DNA of 64,000 nucleotides from Candidatus Babeliales bacterium (GTDB lineage Bacteria; Babelota; Babeliae; Babelales; RVW-14): NCBI GenBank assembly GCA_041662445.1, contig JBAZSL010000006.1, positions 3,801 to 67,800 of the forward strand, read 5' to 3'. Shown piece by piece: positions 51,156 to 60,253 of this stretch (position 1 is its first letter; each line of letters starts with the position of its first letter). The notes under the pieces were generated by a model. It saw only the letters and a program-made list of their open reading frames with translations, ran no database searches and was not told where the DNA came from. The position numbers and the translations under genes were made by a program.

Positions 51156-51932
51156 GTGGCAAAGCATTCAAGAGCATCAATTTTATGGTGTGCAATCTCT
51201 GTCAGTGTTATGTCATCCATACACGCAATGCCACATGAAAATTATGGCGATTTTTTTACAGAACCGCTTGAATCTTTTTATTCTCCTCTTCTATCAACAC
51301 CCTCTCTCAATAATATTAATGACGAGGTTGACACCATAATAAAATTTATAAATGGGCGTTATGTTTTTAAGCTTGTTAACGATTTTGTATCATGTGACGG
51401 CAAACAGGAACGAATGTTAGTCTATCAACTGATGTTGCCAGATTTCCCCGCAATCAATCACGCGCGACTCTCTATTAATATTGAGCAGAAGCAAGAACGA
51501 TTTTGTAGTTGTGTATTGGGAAGCTTTGACAAAAGAATACTTGCAAGCAAGGTTTTCCAGCCAGCGTTTTCAACGTGGTCTGAACAAGTTCCATTGTCAG
51601 CAAAACTTTCAGATATTGTTTATAACGCGCTTAAACAACAATTGACGCTTGTACTTTTGGCTGACGGCCGCATTGATTTTGATTGTCCTATCTGCAGCAA
51701 TATGGTGTTATGGCAAGGCGAATTGTGGACTAAGGATAGGGTAGAATTAGGTGTTTTTTTAGGGTGTGGTCATATTGTGCATATGAGGTGTGCTGCTCCT
51801 GTAGTAATGGCCCAATCTGATTTTAATATGCCTGAAGCAGCAACTTTTTTTTGTCCATGGTGTAATAAACCTGGAACCATTGACGATAGTTTTTTTGTTT
51901 CATTTAGTTCAACAGTAGATACTTTTCGGTGA
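51156..51932 (+). CDS. leader-bearing RING-H2 family member 7 (canonical spacing)
   Basis: AAGGGGG RBS then GTG at 51156; leader ...SVSVMSSIHA|MPHENY. CPIC-x23-CGHIVHMRC-x20-CPWC (51684-51863). Confidence 0.8.
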   Translation: MAKHSRASILWCAISVSVMSSIHAMPHENYGDFFTEPLESFYSPLLSTPSLNNINDEVDTIIKFINGRYVFKLVNDFVSCDGKQERMLVYQLMLPDFPAINHARLSINIEQKQERFCSCVLGSFDKRILASKVFQPAFSTWSEQVPLSAKLSDIVYNALKQQLTLVLLADGRIDFDCPICSNMVLWQGELWTKDRVELGVFLGCGHIVHMRCAAPVVMAQSDFNMPEAATFFCPWCNKPGTIDDSFFVSFSSTVDTFR

Positions 51933-52015
51933 TCAGAAAAATACTCAGGTTTTATTCAGATTTATCATATAATAAGCCGTCAAAATAAGCTGCATCAATA
52001 AGGAGCATATCGATA

Positions 52016-52864
52016 ATGGCACATGCAACGCATTTCAGATTAAGTATTTTCGCAATTTTTATGCTAGGCGCCCCTCTGTACGCAATGCAGGACGGAGAGA
52101 CTGATTATGTGCATGATCTGTTGTTGCCAGAGGTCGATTCAGATGCTTTGCGATCATCGGATAGCGGCTCTTTATTGCTGCCGCTCAGTCCTTTGTCCCC
52201 ATTAGAAGATTCATCAACAGAAAGCACAGAGGATGAGGAGTCATCACCAAAGCGCATACGATTAAATCCGAATTATTTTGCAGAAACAAATCCCGATAAA
52301 TACGTTGGCTTTTCTGCACATTACCGTTTTTTTCAACTTAAAGAATCTCCCTTTAAAGAATTTCCACGTTCAGATATATCGGAACAACATACACTTGTGT
52401 ATGAGCTCATGTGTATTAAAGAAGGAGCGATTGTTCCATGCAAAAAAGAAGTAAATTTTGTTTTTGAAATCATTGAGAATCAGCTGGATATCATAGTGAC
52501 CTGCAAAGATGTTGATGCTGCCAATTCGATTGAGTGTTCTCATGAATGGGTGGTTATACAGCAGGCACCTTTTGATCCTCTTCCAACGATAATTAGAAAA
52601 ATTTTGGCACACGAACTTATTTGTATCATGATGCTTGACCAATGCGAACAACCCCGTTGTTGTGTATGTCCCCATCCTATTTGCCAGTTAGCGGGTGCGT
52701 GCTTAGAAATTTCTAAGACGGTTCTTCTCAAATGCAATCATATGGCACATGTAGCTTGTCTGAAAGAATCCATAAGCGATGGGAAAATAGGTACACCTTT
52801 TCTATGTCCAGTCCCAGACTGCCAGACTATGATTGCATCAGATGATGATTATGCGCTTACGTGA
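52016..52864 (+). CDS. leader-bearing RING-H2 family member 8
   Basis: AAGGAG RBS; leader ...FMLGAPLYA|MQDGETD; acidic/Ser-rich linker. CCVC...KCNHMAHVAC-x15-CPVPDC (52658-52822). Confidence 0.8.
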   Translation: MAHATHFRLSIFAIFMLGAPLYAMQDGETDYVHDLLLPEVDSDALRSSDSGSLLLPLSPLSPLEDSSTESTEDEESSPKRIRLNPNYFAETNPDKYVGFSAHYRFFQLKESPFKEFPRSDISEQHTLVYELMCIKEGAIVPCKKEVNFVFEIIENQLDIIVTCKDVDAANSIECSHEWVVIQQAPFDPLPTIIRKILAHELICIMMLDQCEQPRCCVCPHPICQLAGACLEISKTVLLKCNHMAHVACLKESISDGKIGTPFLCPVPDCQTMIASDDDYALT

Positions 52865-52911
52865 GTAATAAAGCAGTAACTGGGATTTTTAGATTGACTG
52901 TTTCTAGGCTC

Positions 52912-53820
52912 TTAGTCTGCAAAACCTACCTGTTGCGTTTCAGTCGTGTCATCTTTATCCATCATCGCCGCAGCTTCTTCATCAGCAAGAACGGTGTCAT
53001 GTTTTCTGAGATAATCCATCTGAAAACGAACCAATGACTCATCAAGCGAATCTTTTGCCGGTATAAATGCTGCCCGATACAAAAAAGCAACGCAAGGAAT
53101 TGCATGTTTGCGCATCTCATCGACAACTGAGATAGCATTGTCCTTGCTGTCATCAAAAAAGATAACTTTTTTTGGCGTCCATTTTATGGCATCGAAAAAT
53201 GCTATGAGCGCGGTGCCCTTGGTATTACCCGCATTTAGCGCAGGGCAGATGATGCCTTTGTAATAAGTGGGATAATTGCCGCGATAGGTTTTGAGGCCCC
53301 TAAGCTCAACTCCCTGGTCTTTGAAACTTGTACTAAAATCGATGCCAACTGACTTTAAATTTCTAGAACGTTCTATGTCCATGCGGTCGACGATCCCAAA
53401 GCGGCCGGGCTGAGTGCTCGTCAAGGCGACGATTTTGATGCCGCGGGTTTGAAGGTTTTTAATGATGTCCAACGTCTTTGGCTCAACAAGCTCGAATGAC
53501 GATTGCCATATTTTGCTTTCAAAAATCTCACCATAGAAAGGATCTATTTTACGCCTTTCTGCCAGGTATTGTTCGAGTTCTGCCCGATATTTTTGAAAAA
53601 TTTTGTCCTGTTGGTAGCGTGGCTGCCCGCATTTCATTGCAGGATCTATAAGCGTTTGATCGATATCAAAGACAATAAGCGTATTCTGGTCTGCCTGGCG
53701 CAAAGTATCTTCTGCTTGAGTGATCGAGGTGATTTCGATAAATTCTGATTTGAATAAAGAGCAAGAAGCGAAGAGTACCATCAGGCTCAATAGCATTACA
53801 TATCGTTTAGATTGGATCAT
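52912..53820 (-). CDS. HAD-superfamily phosphatase-like lipoprotein
   Basis: Lipobox LFASC; HAD motif I IVFDIDQTLIDP; motif II LTSTQ; motif IV-like VIFFDDSKDN. Confidence 0.7.
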   Translation of the reverse strand: MIQSKRYVMLLSLMVLFASCSLFKSEFIEITSITQAEDTLRQADQNTLIVFDIDQTLIDPAMKCGQPRYQQDKIFQKYRAELEQYLAERRKIDPFYGEIFESKIWQSSFELVEPKTLDIIKNLQTRGIKIVALTSTQPGRFGIVDRMDIERSRNLKSVGIDFSTSFKDQGVELRGLKTYRGNYPTYYKGIICPALNAGNTKGTALIAFFDAIKWTPKKVIFFDDSKDNAISVVDEMRKHAIPCVAFLYRAAFIPAKDSLDESLVRFQMDYLRKHDTVLADEEAAAMMDKDDTTETQQVGFAD

Positions 53821-53924
53821 CGTACCGCCTTTTCTTTTTGTGTTCCTATTTCCAACATGAATACATCAAAAAACGAGCATAACATTCTGAGAAGGCAAGA
53901 GTAAAACAATTTGCGGCCCGTTTG

Positions 53925-55250
53925 TTACAGCTCTTGTCGACTCAAAAAATCAGGAATGATTTTTTCGCAAAATAGTTCATAACGCTTCCATATGAGCAAA
54001 CTCATCCCAAATCGATCCACACTTTTGGGATATAGGTGAGTACCCAAAATCTGATGCGCATTCTCTTTGGTGATGTAGGGTACATAAAAATGATCATTAT
54101 GCTGTTCCCACAAAACAAAAGTGTGACATGGGTTTTTTCGTGCTAATACTGCGCCCATATCAGCTTCTGCCTCGCGGTTATTCCCCGTCATAATACTTAT
54201 TGCGCTGTCCGCGGATCCGGTACATTCCTGCTGCTTTATATGGTGTACTTCATGCGCGAGCATGTCGGTGAGTTCTTCATCGGAATAGGAGAACAGAGAA
54301 TAGAATGGAAGAGCTATTCCTTGAATATGTTTTTGGGCTCCACTGGCGGATTTTATATTGAATTGAATAAACTGAGCATTATTACGACAAAATGCGTCAC
54401 AAGGCTCATTGCTGTAAATAAAGATTCTTGGCATTTCGCGTAAATTAAATATTTCTGCTAAACGTTCAATTCTTGCGATAAGAGAGGGAATAGCGTTTGT
54501 CCGGCTGATCTCAATAAGGGTGAGCCTGCAACGTGATGTGCATGCTTTAACACCAGCGTAATAGTGGACATTCAAGGCGTTGAGCTGCGCTAATGCCACT
54601 GCACTTTCATCTGCGATCTGATGAGAATCGATCCTGTTGTGGCAAAATTCTTTTGCCTCATGAAATGCGTCGGCGATGACTTCAATATTAGTTTGTCCGC
54701 CGAGATCAAAGGAGCCACAAAGAGAGGTTTTTGCTTCGGTAAGAAGTCCAGCAAGCCCATCAACACGCAGCGTGCATTGATCTGGCGCAGTTGGAATGCA
54801 ACGATCACGTTCGGGAGTCGGGGCAGGATAAACGCAGCATTCTACGGTATAGTTTGGTTGAATACCGCAACAAAATTTTGATCCATCTACTAATGTTTCA
54901 CACGGGCCAAATGTTTCATCTCCAAGCCCATCAGCGTAGGGTGCTACATGAAGTAATGATGGTGCCTGATTGGTTGAAAATGGATTTAGTACCATTGCGG
55001 TTGGCACAAGAAGCATCAGGGTGAATAAGGTGAGGAGTGTGCGTTGGCGCTCAGACAAGCATGTTCGTGTATGCGGATGTCGTTGTTCAAATCTTGATGT
55101 TGGTTCTTGGTTTATGTGTTGAAGATGTTCTGCGGTATGTAGAGCCTGCTGTTGTTGCTGACGTCGGTTCAGCTTTTTGTAGCTTGGTAGTGCATGAGAA
55201 AAACTAAGTGCGATAACTGTGAAAAGTGCGATTGTGCGTAACGTCTTCAT
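53925..55250 (-). CDS. secreted Cys-rich protein with HExxH (DUF4157-like) metallopeptidase motif
   Basis: AGGAGGG RBS before the ATG at 55250; leader MKTLRTIALFTVIALSFSHA; Q-run; Cys-rich segment; LAHEVHHIKQQE. The ORF track start 55382 is probably too early. Confidence 0.55.
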   Translation of the reverse strand: MKTLRTIALFTVIALSFSHALPSYKKLNRRQQQQQALHTAEHLQHINQEPTSRFEQRHPHTRTCLSERQRTLLTLFTLMLLVPTAMVLNPFSTNQAPSLLHVAPYADGLGDETFGPCETLVDGSKFCCGIQPNYTVECCVYPAPTPERDRCIPTAPDQCTLRVDGLAGLLTEAKTSLCGSFDLGGQTNIEVIADAFHEAKEFCHNRIDSHQIADESAVALAQLNALNVHYYAGVKACTSRCRLTLIEISRTNAIPSLIARIERLAEIFNLREMPRIFIYSNEPCDAFCRNNAQFIQFNIKSASGAQKHIQGIALPFYSLFSYSDEELTDMLAHEVHHIKQQECTGSADSAISIMTGNNREAEADMGAVLARKNPCHTFVLWEQHNDHFYVPYITKENAHQILGTHLYPKSVDRFGMSLLIWKRYELFCEKIIPDFLSRQEL

Positions 55251-55481
55251 ATACCCTCCTGCTAACAGCGTTATTTTTTTTGACGGGTTATTATAGCAAA
55301 AAGCCGAAGCCTGTTCTTGCTGCCATAAAAAACTTGGTTTGTGCAAATTCACTATTGAAAGCTGCATTTGCACAAACGCCATGTATTCGTGGTGACAAGT
55401 GGAGAGGTTTGGTTGCGGTTTTAGGCTGAGTATTGATGAAGTTGATCTTTGTTGTTGCTTTTCATTACTAAGGGCGTGCTA

Positions 55482-55964
55482 TTAAAATTTCCCCTGCTTT
55501 AACAATTTAAAAGACCCTTCTTTGAGTGAGCCAGGCCCGACGATGTTGGCTATCATATCTTTTATTGCATTATTAACTGCCACTCTTAAATCTTTGGAGT
55601 CTACGCCTACCCCAAGAAGCGCTATTGTTGTTCCCAGTTGGTCTGCATGTGCCGACAATCCGCTGACTATTGCAAAAACCCCGTGCGATATTGTGAAGTC
55701 GCCGGTGTAGATTGATGGATAGCGTATTGAGACTGAGCAGATTTGTCCTTGTTCGATGCACCATCGTATCAAATTTTGTTGAACAGACGCTTCGAGCTTG
55801 TCCAGGGCAACAAGTCCTTTATCGGAGTTGTGTGAAAAATTAAATGCTGATTGATTTGGTAAACCTTGTTTATCATAAGCAACAGCAAATGCAAAAACGG
55901 CATCCAATTTGGAGAACGTTACTACCATAAGACACATACCAAGCAACATGATAAGTTTTTTCAT
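55482..55964 (-). CDS. hypothetical secreted protein
   Basis: Leader MKKLIMLLGMCLMVVTFSKLDA; 160 aa; no motif I can name confidently. Confidence 0.5.
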   Translation of the reverse strand: MKKLIMLLGMCLMVVTFSKLDAVFAFAVAYDKQGLPNQSAFNFSHNSDKGLVALDKLEASVQQNLIRWCIEQGQICSVSIRYPSIYTGDFTISHGVFAIVSGLSAHADQLGTTIALLGVGVDSKDLRVAVNNAIKDMIANIVGPGSLKEGSFKLLKQGKF

Positions 55965-56433
55965 AGAATATCTCCCTTTTGTTTAGATTTTTTTCTGAGA
56001 CGGTGTTATGAGGTGTCCTCCTTTCACTAGGTTTTTGTTTGTGTTTTCTTTGTAAGATGCGTTTAATCGTCGCATCCAAACGAACATCGTCAAAAATAAC
56101 AACAAAAATTTTCTAGCATGTCAACAAAATGACGCATACAAGTTTATGAGCTTTTTGGGGAATTATAAGATGAATAATTGATAGATGATGAAAATAAAGA
56201 TTGTAGCTTTACGCTCCGTTAACTCCCATTAACCTTCTATTCGATGAATCTTTGGTTGGTACTAAACCAGGCCAAAAGGTTTTGATATTTTCGTATAAAT
56301 TCTTGGATGTAGGCGCAGCGGAAATTGTGTGATGCGTGTGAATCGAGGAGTTGAATAAGATTTTGACTCCCCCCAAAAAACAAGCTTGCCGTGTCGAAAT
56401 TCGTTACATCGAATAAAGACGGGTCCCTAAAAA

Positions 56434-56802
56434 CTATCTCTTTACGGAACATTTCCAACTGATGGCGCGATCGTCCATAAAAAACACTTCGATTTTATCG
56501 TAAGCCTCCCAGCTTCTTTCTGTTCCAAATCCTGACAAACCACCAGAATCCCACTTAGTTACATAACCATCTTTTGATGTACGTGTGCCATAACTCTTGT
56601 GGTACTGATAAACCTTAAGTGTGCCAATGTTTTGAATGCTTTGAGGCGCGCCTAATTCCAGTGCAACTTCTTCTTCTGAACACCCCATAAGATTGGTGCA
56701 CGTGCGTTCGATCGATTTTTTAGCCGCACGTTCTTGTTGCGCGGCACAGCCGACAAGTAATGGTAGACAGAGCAGTAAAAAGAATGCTTTATTTTTTATC
56801 AT
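56434..56802 (-). CDS. small lipoprotein, possibly SmpA/OmlA (BamE)-like
   Basis: Lipobox LLVGC; MGCSEEEVALELGAPQSIQ...LKVYQY resembles the BamE-type fold signature. Confidence 0.45.
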   Translation of the reverse strand: MIKNKAFFLLLCLPLLVGCAAQQERAAKKSIERTCTNLMGCSEEEVALELGAPQSIQNIGTLKVYQYHKSYGTRTSKDGYVTKWDSGGLSGFGTERSWEAYDKIEVFFMDDRAISWKCSVKR

Positions 56803-56902
56803 AGATACCCTAATTTCAACAAACTGAAATGCAATCAGATAAGTCTACATGAGTAGAGATTAGATTCAAACGCAGAGCAAGGTTCAAATAGAAATTGTTT
56901 TG

Positions 56903-57787
56903 CTATGCTGTTTCTTGCGATTGGGGTTCTGGGAGATAAATATTTATATTGTACGGCATCTGTATTTGATAAAGCCAATCATCCTCTGTTGTAACGCAGG
57001 TATGGCATTCTGGACATATGGGGTAAAGTCGAATCCCGGTTGGTAGCAAATCGATGATGTTTTCGTGAAATGCCGCTGCAAGACAACGTGGATGGAAAAA
57101 ATGTTTACATTTGAAGAATATAAGCTGAGATGATACAACCATATGCATTGATTTTGTATCTACGTAAAAAACAGTGTGACGACAGCTTTTTGCATTACTG
57201 CAGTGACCTTTTTCTCGCTGGGGACAGAACGTATCTTGTGGTTGGATGAGATTTTTGCGATTGAGAAGAAAGTAAATAATAAGAGCTTCTTTTTTAAAAA
57301 TAGCGTTGATGGCACTGGAAAAGTCTGAAGTTACCGCGTGTGTCACACGAACAAACCATTCATGATCATAGAATTCCGCATCTTTCAATTTATGCCCCTG
57401 AATTATCAACATAGTAAACCCTTTACTGCGCATGAGTGTTATGGTGATCACGACGTTGGTGAAAACATTAACTACCGCACCATACTCATCGGTTACCTGC
57501 TCAAAAAAATTATAAGCAACTACCTGCTTCTCTTGATTTTCTGAATGAGCTATGTAGGTAAAATTAAAGCATCCGCCCAATATGGGAACATTTTTAGGTA
57601 GATTATCAACAAGAGGAGTGAGTAATTTGAGAGCTTCTCCTCGTTTTCGCTTTTTTTGCGGTTTTTGAGTGGGTGCTTTGGACGGTTGTGTCTCATTTTT
57701 GACGTCATCTACGCTCATAGGAAAAATGCGTGGAAGTGATACGAGTGAAAATATAAGCGCAAAAAATATTAAAAATATTTTTTTCAT
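56903..57787 (-). CDS. leader-bearing RING-H2 family member 9
   Basis: Leader MKKIFLIFFALIFSLVSLPRIFP|MSVDD; LPKNVPILGGCFNF (as in member 6). KCKHFFHPRC-x22-CPEC (57005-57109, with upstream Cys/His to 57229). Confidence 0.8.
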   Translation of the reverse strand: MKKIFLIFFALIFSLVSLPRIFPMSVDDVKNETQPSKAPTQKPQKKRKRGEALKLLTPLVDNLPKNVPILGGCFNFTYIAHSENQEKQVVAYNFFEQVTDEYGAVVNVFTNVVITITLMRSKGFTMLIIQGHKLKDAEFYDHEWFVRVTHAVTSDFSSAINAIFKKEALIIYFLLNRKNLIQPQDTFCPQREKGHCSNAKSCRHTVFYVDTKSMHMVVSSQLIFFKCKHFFHPRCLAAAFHENIIDLLPTGIRLYPICPECHTCVTTEDDWLYQIQMPYNINIYLPEPQSQETA

Positions 57788-57822
57788 AGCCAACCTCATG
57801 GCAAACCCTTTTTTTAACTCGA

Positions 57823-60195
57823 TTAACTTTCTGTTGTGTGCAATTCCATCTGCTTTTTGAGCGCTTCAGAGGTTGCGAAAAATTCTTCAGGTGTCATCTG
57901 CTTAAGAAAGCAAAAGCCATGTGCAGCGCGTATGCGGGGATCTTCATTGTGCACAAAATAATCGCTTCCCAAACAGGTCTTGAGTGCCGTGTATTGCTCG
58001 GCCATAATTTTTTGTGCTAGATCGCTAAACGGTCCGTCATACTCGTGGCTTGGAAATGATGCTTCACGTTGCGACCCAAAGCAGGTGATAAATGCATTTT
58101 TAAGCGTGGCAAATGAGTTGAGTGACACCGGGACAAAGATAGTGGTATGTGCAGGATGAAAACGATACCAGACATTGCGATAACCAATTATTTTCAGATT
58201 TTTTTTATTGCTGCGTGACACATGGTAGTGGAGTGCCTGTGCAACGGCTTGAAGTACTTTGTAATGGGTATCTGGACCGCTTGCTTCAGGATCCATTGCC
58301 ACGGTGATGATATCGGGATCAATTTTTTCGAGCAGATTAATGATAGGTTTTGCATCGCGTTCAAATTCTGGTGGTTGTGTAAAAATATCGCCGGTATAAA
58401 AGCCAAGGCGTAGATGGAATACATGCTCGCGCCCAAATCCAAAATGCGCCCAGAGTAATTCCTCTTCCCATTCTCTGATCATGCCCTTAAGTGTTTGTAC
58501 AAGTGTTGTGTCTTTTTTGCCTGGATAACTATTGAGGAAATAATTTTTGAGCTGTTCAAGCTCGTGAGCAATCACCGTACTATCGTGGGTAGCAAAAAGA
58601 GTATAAAGATCGCTTAAGAGTCGTGATGCATGGACTTCTTGTTGTCGGTACTGATCTCGCTGGGCGGTTGCATCAAGATATTTGTACACCGTTGAATACT
58701 TGTCATCATCATGTGACGCATTGAGCGTTGGCAGTATGTGTTGGAGCTTGGTGATGAGTGCAAGCACGTAATTGTTGGATACCGAGGTAAAACCACTCGT
58801 CATCGTTGCAAAGTAATGCGCATTATCGTGGCTGAGAAGATGTTCGATGTAAGGCAGATAGCCGAGCATGATATCGTCGTGATGCGGTGCTGTGTGAAGG
58901 AATGTTGTATTGCGTAGTGGTTCACGTCCGTGTGTAATGCGTTGTGCAAAAGTGTTACAAATGTTTTTGCACTGGGCGCTGACGTCAAATGCGACGTTTT
59001 TGGCAAGGAGGAGCGATCCAACATAATCATCTTCAAGATCGCGTTTTGTGAGCTTGCATAATGGTTTATTTTTTTCTACAGCAATATCAACAAGGACTTC
59101 ATCCGAAAGTTCCTGAGGGATGTTTTCACATTCACTGAGTCGATGATATCGGCGTTCAATGAGTTTGCACGCTGCCCCCTGGGTAAGATAAAAGCGAGCC
59201 CCTGGCAATGCCTGGAGCGCCGTAGCTGGATAGAGGACCGATGGGTCGTTTTCGACGGCGTCTTTAACAATATGTGCTTTGCTTTGGCCAGCGGCAATAA
59301 TGATGGCTGTGGCGGTTTTGTTGTGGGTAATACTGCTGAGGCCAATGGTGATGACGAGGCGTTGCCGGGCCAGTTCCATCCCTCCAAGGTCGGTAGCCGC
59401 GCTTGCTGCTGTTTCGTAATTGATAGGAATAAGCCGTGTTGTGCTCAGGTGATCCGATCCACGAATATTAAATCCTATATGACCGTCTGGGCCAATACCA
59501 CCCAAAAAGAAACCGATGCCCCCACAGTCACGAATTTTTGTTTCGTATTCCATAGCAGCTTGGTCTGCGGCAATAAGTGCATCAAATTGGCGGCGTTCAA
59601 GTTCGGTAGTGGGGCGTCGAAAGCGTAAAGAGACATCAACGTGGCCAGTGGGGAATATGTCTCCCAAATTTTTACCTGCTTGAATGCCGGTGGTCCAGGT
59701 ATTCATGAGAAGAGCTTTGACAGGGTCGAGGCCAAAATCTCTGAAATAGAAATGATTAATGTAATGTGCAAAACTGTTTTCGTGCGATGGATCCATGGGA
59801 AAAAATTCATCGATTTGTACAAATCGATATGAGCGCATATCCGGTTTTTTGAGCGGATCCAACCCCCAGGTAGCAAGTTCACGTTGAGCGTCGGTGCTTG
59901 ACCATTGGTTGAGAAAAAACAGGGTCCATTTGATGAAATATTCAGGAGTTTTACCCGTTGGAAGCGCAATCACGCCTCCGGGGTTAAGTTGTAACCATTC
60001 CAAAAATCGCAACGCAATGATTTTCCCCAAACTTGGGAAATCTTGTACTTCAATAATGCTTATTTTTTCAGTTGGTTGATAACGGATTTGGCGGTTACTC
60101 AGACGTCGTGCATTTTCTTCGACAAGCGAGAGAGAGTTGTAGGTACGCATAAGTGTGACTTTCTTATATTCAATCAAAACGTTATACAGTGCCAT
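57823..60195 (-). CDS. nagB: glucosamine-6-phosphate deaminase fused to a PIG-L/LmbE-like deacetylase domain
   Basis: N-terminal NagB blocks ALPTGKTP and GIGPDGHIGFN; central FLHTAPHHDDIMLGYLPY (PIG-L type AHPDD-like motif); 790 aa. Confidence 0.85.
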   Translation of the reverse strand: MALYNVLIEYKKVTLMRTYNSLSLVEENARRLSNRQIRYQPTEKISIIEVQDFPSLGKIIALRFLEWLQLNPGGVIALPTGKTPEYFIKWTLFFLNQWSSTDAQRELATWGLDPLKKPDMRSYRFVQIDEFFPMDPSHENSFAHYINHFYFRDFGLDPVKALLMNTWTTGIQAGKNLGDIFPTGHVDVSLRFRRPTTELERRQFDALIAADQAAMEYETKIRDCGGIGFFLGGIGPDGHIGFNIRGSDHLSTTRLIPINYETAASAATDLGGMELARQRLVITIGLSSITHNKTATAIIIAAGQSKAHIVKDAVENDPSVLYPATALQALPGARFYLTQGAACKLIERRYHRLSECENIPQELSDEVLVDIAVEKNKPLCKLTKRDLEDDYVGSLLLAKNVAFDVSAQCKNICNTFAQRITHGREPLRNTTFLHTAPHHDDIMLGYLPYIEHLLSHDNAHYFATMTSGFTSVSNNYVLALITKLQHILPTLNASHDDDKYSTVYKYLDATAQRDQYRQQEVHASRLLSDLYTLFATHDSTVIAHELEQLKNYFLNSYPGKKDTTLVQTLKGMIREWEEELLWAHFGFGREHVFHLRLGFYTGDIFTQPPEFERDAKPIINLLEKIDPDIITVAMDPEASGPDTHYKVLQAVAQALHYHVSRSNKKNLKIIGYRNVWYRFHPAHTTIFVPVSLNSFATLKNAFITCFGSQREASFPSHEYDGPFSDLAQKIMAEQYTALKTCLGSDYFVHNEDPRIRAAHGFCFLKQMTPEEFFATSEALKKQMELHTTES

Positions 60196-60253
60196 GCTTC
60201 ATGTGTAAAATTGCTTACATAATTTAAGCCAATTATTAATCAATGTCCTGTAT

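Noticed and set aside
56237-56458. 73-aa minus-strand ORF downstream of the small lipoprotein gene
   Set aside because: It overlaps the preceding gene by 25 nt and has no RBS, leader or motif that I could see. It may be real but is unsupported.
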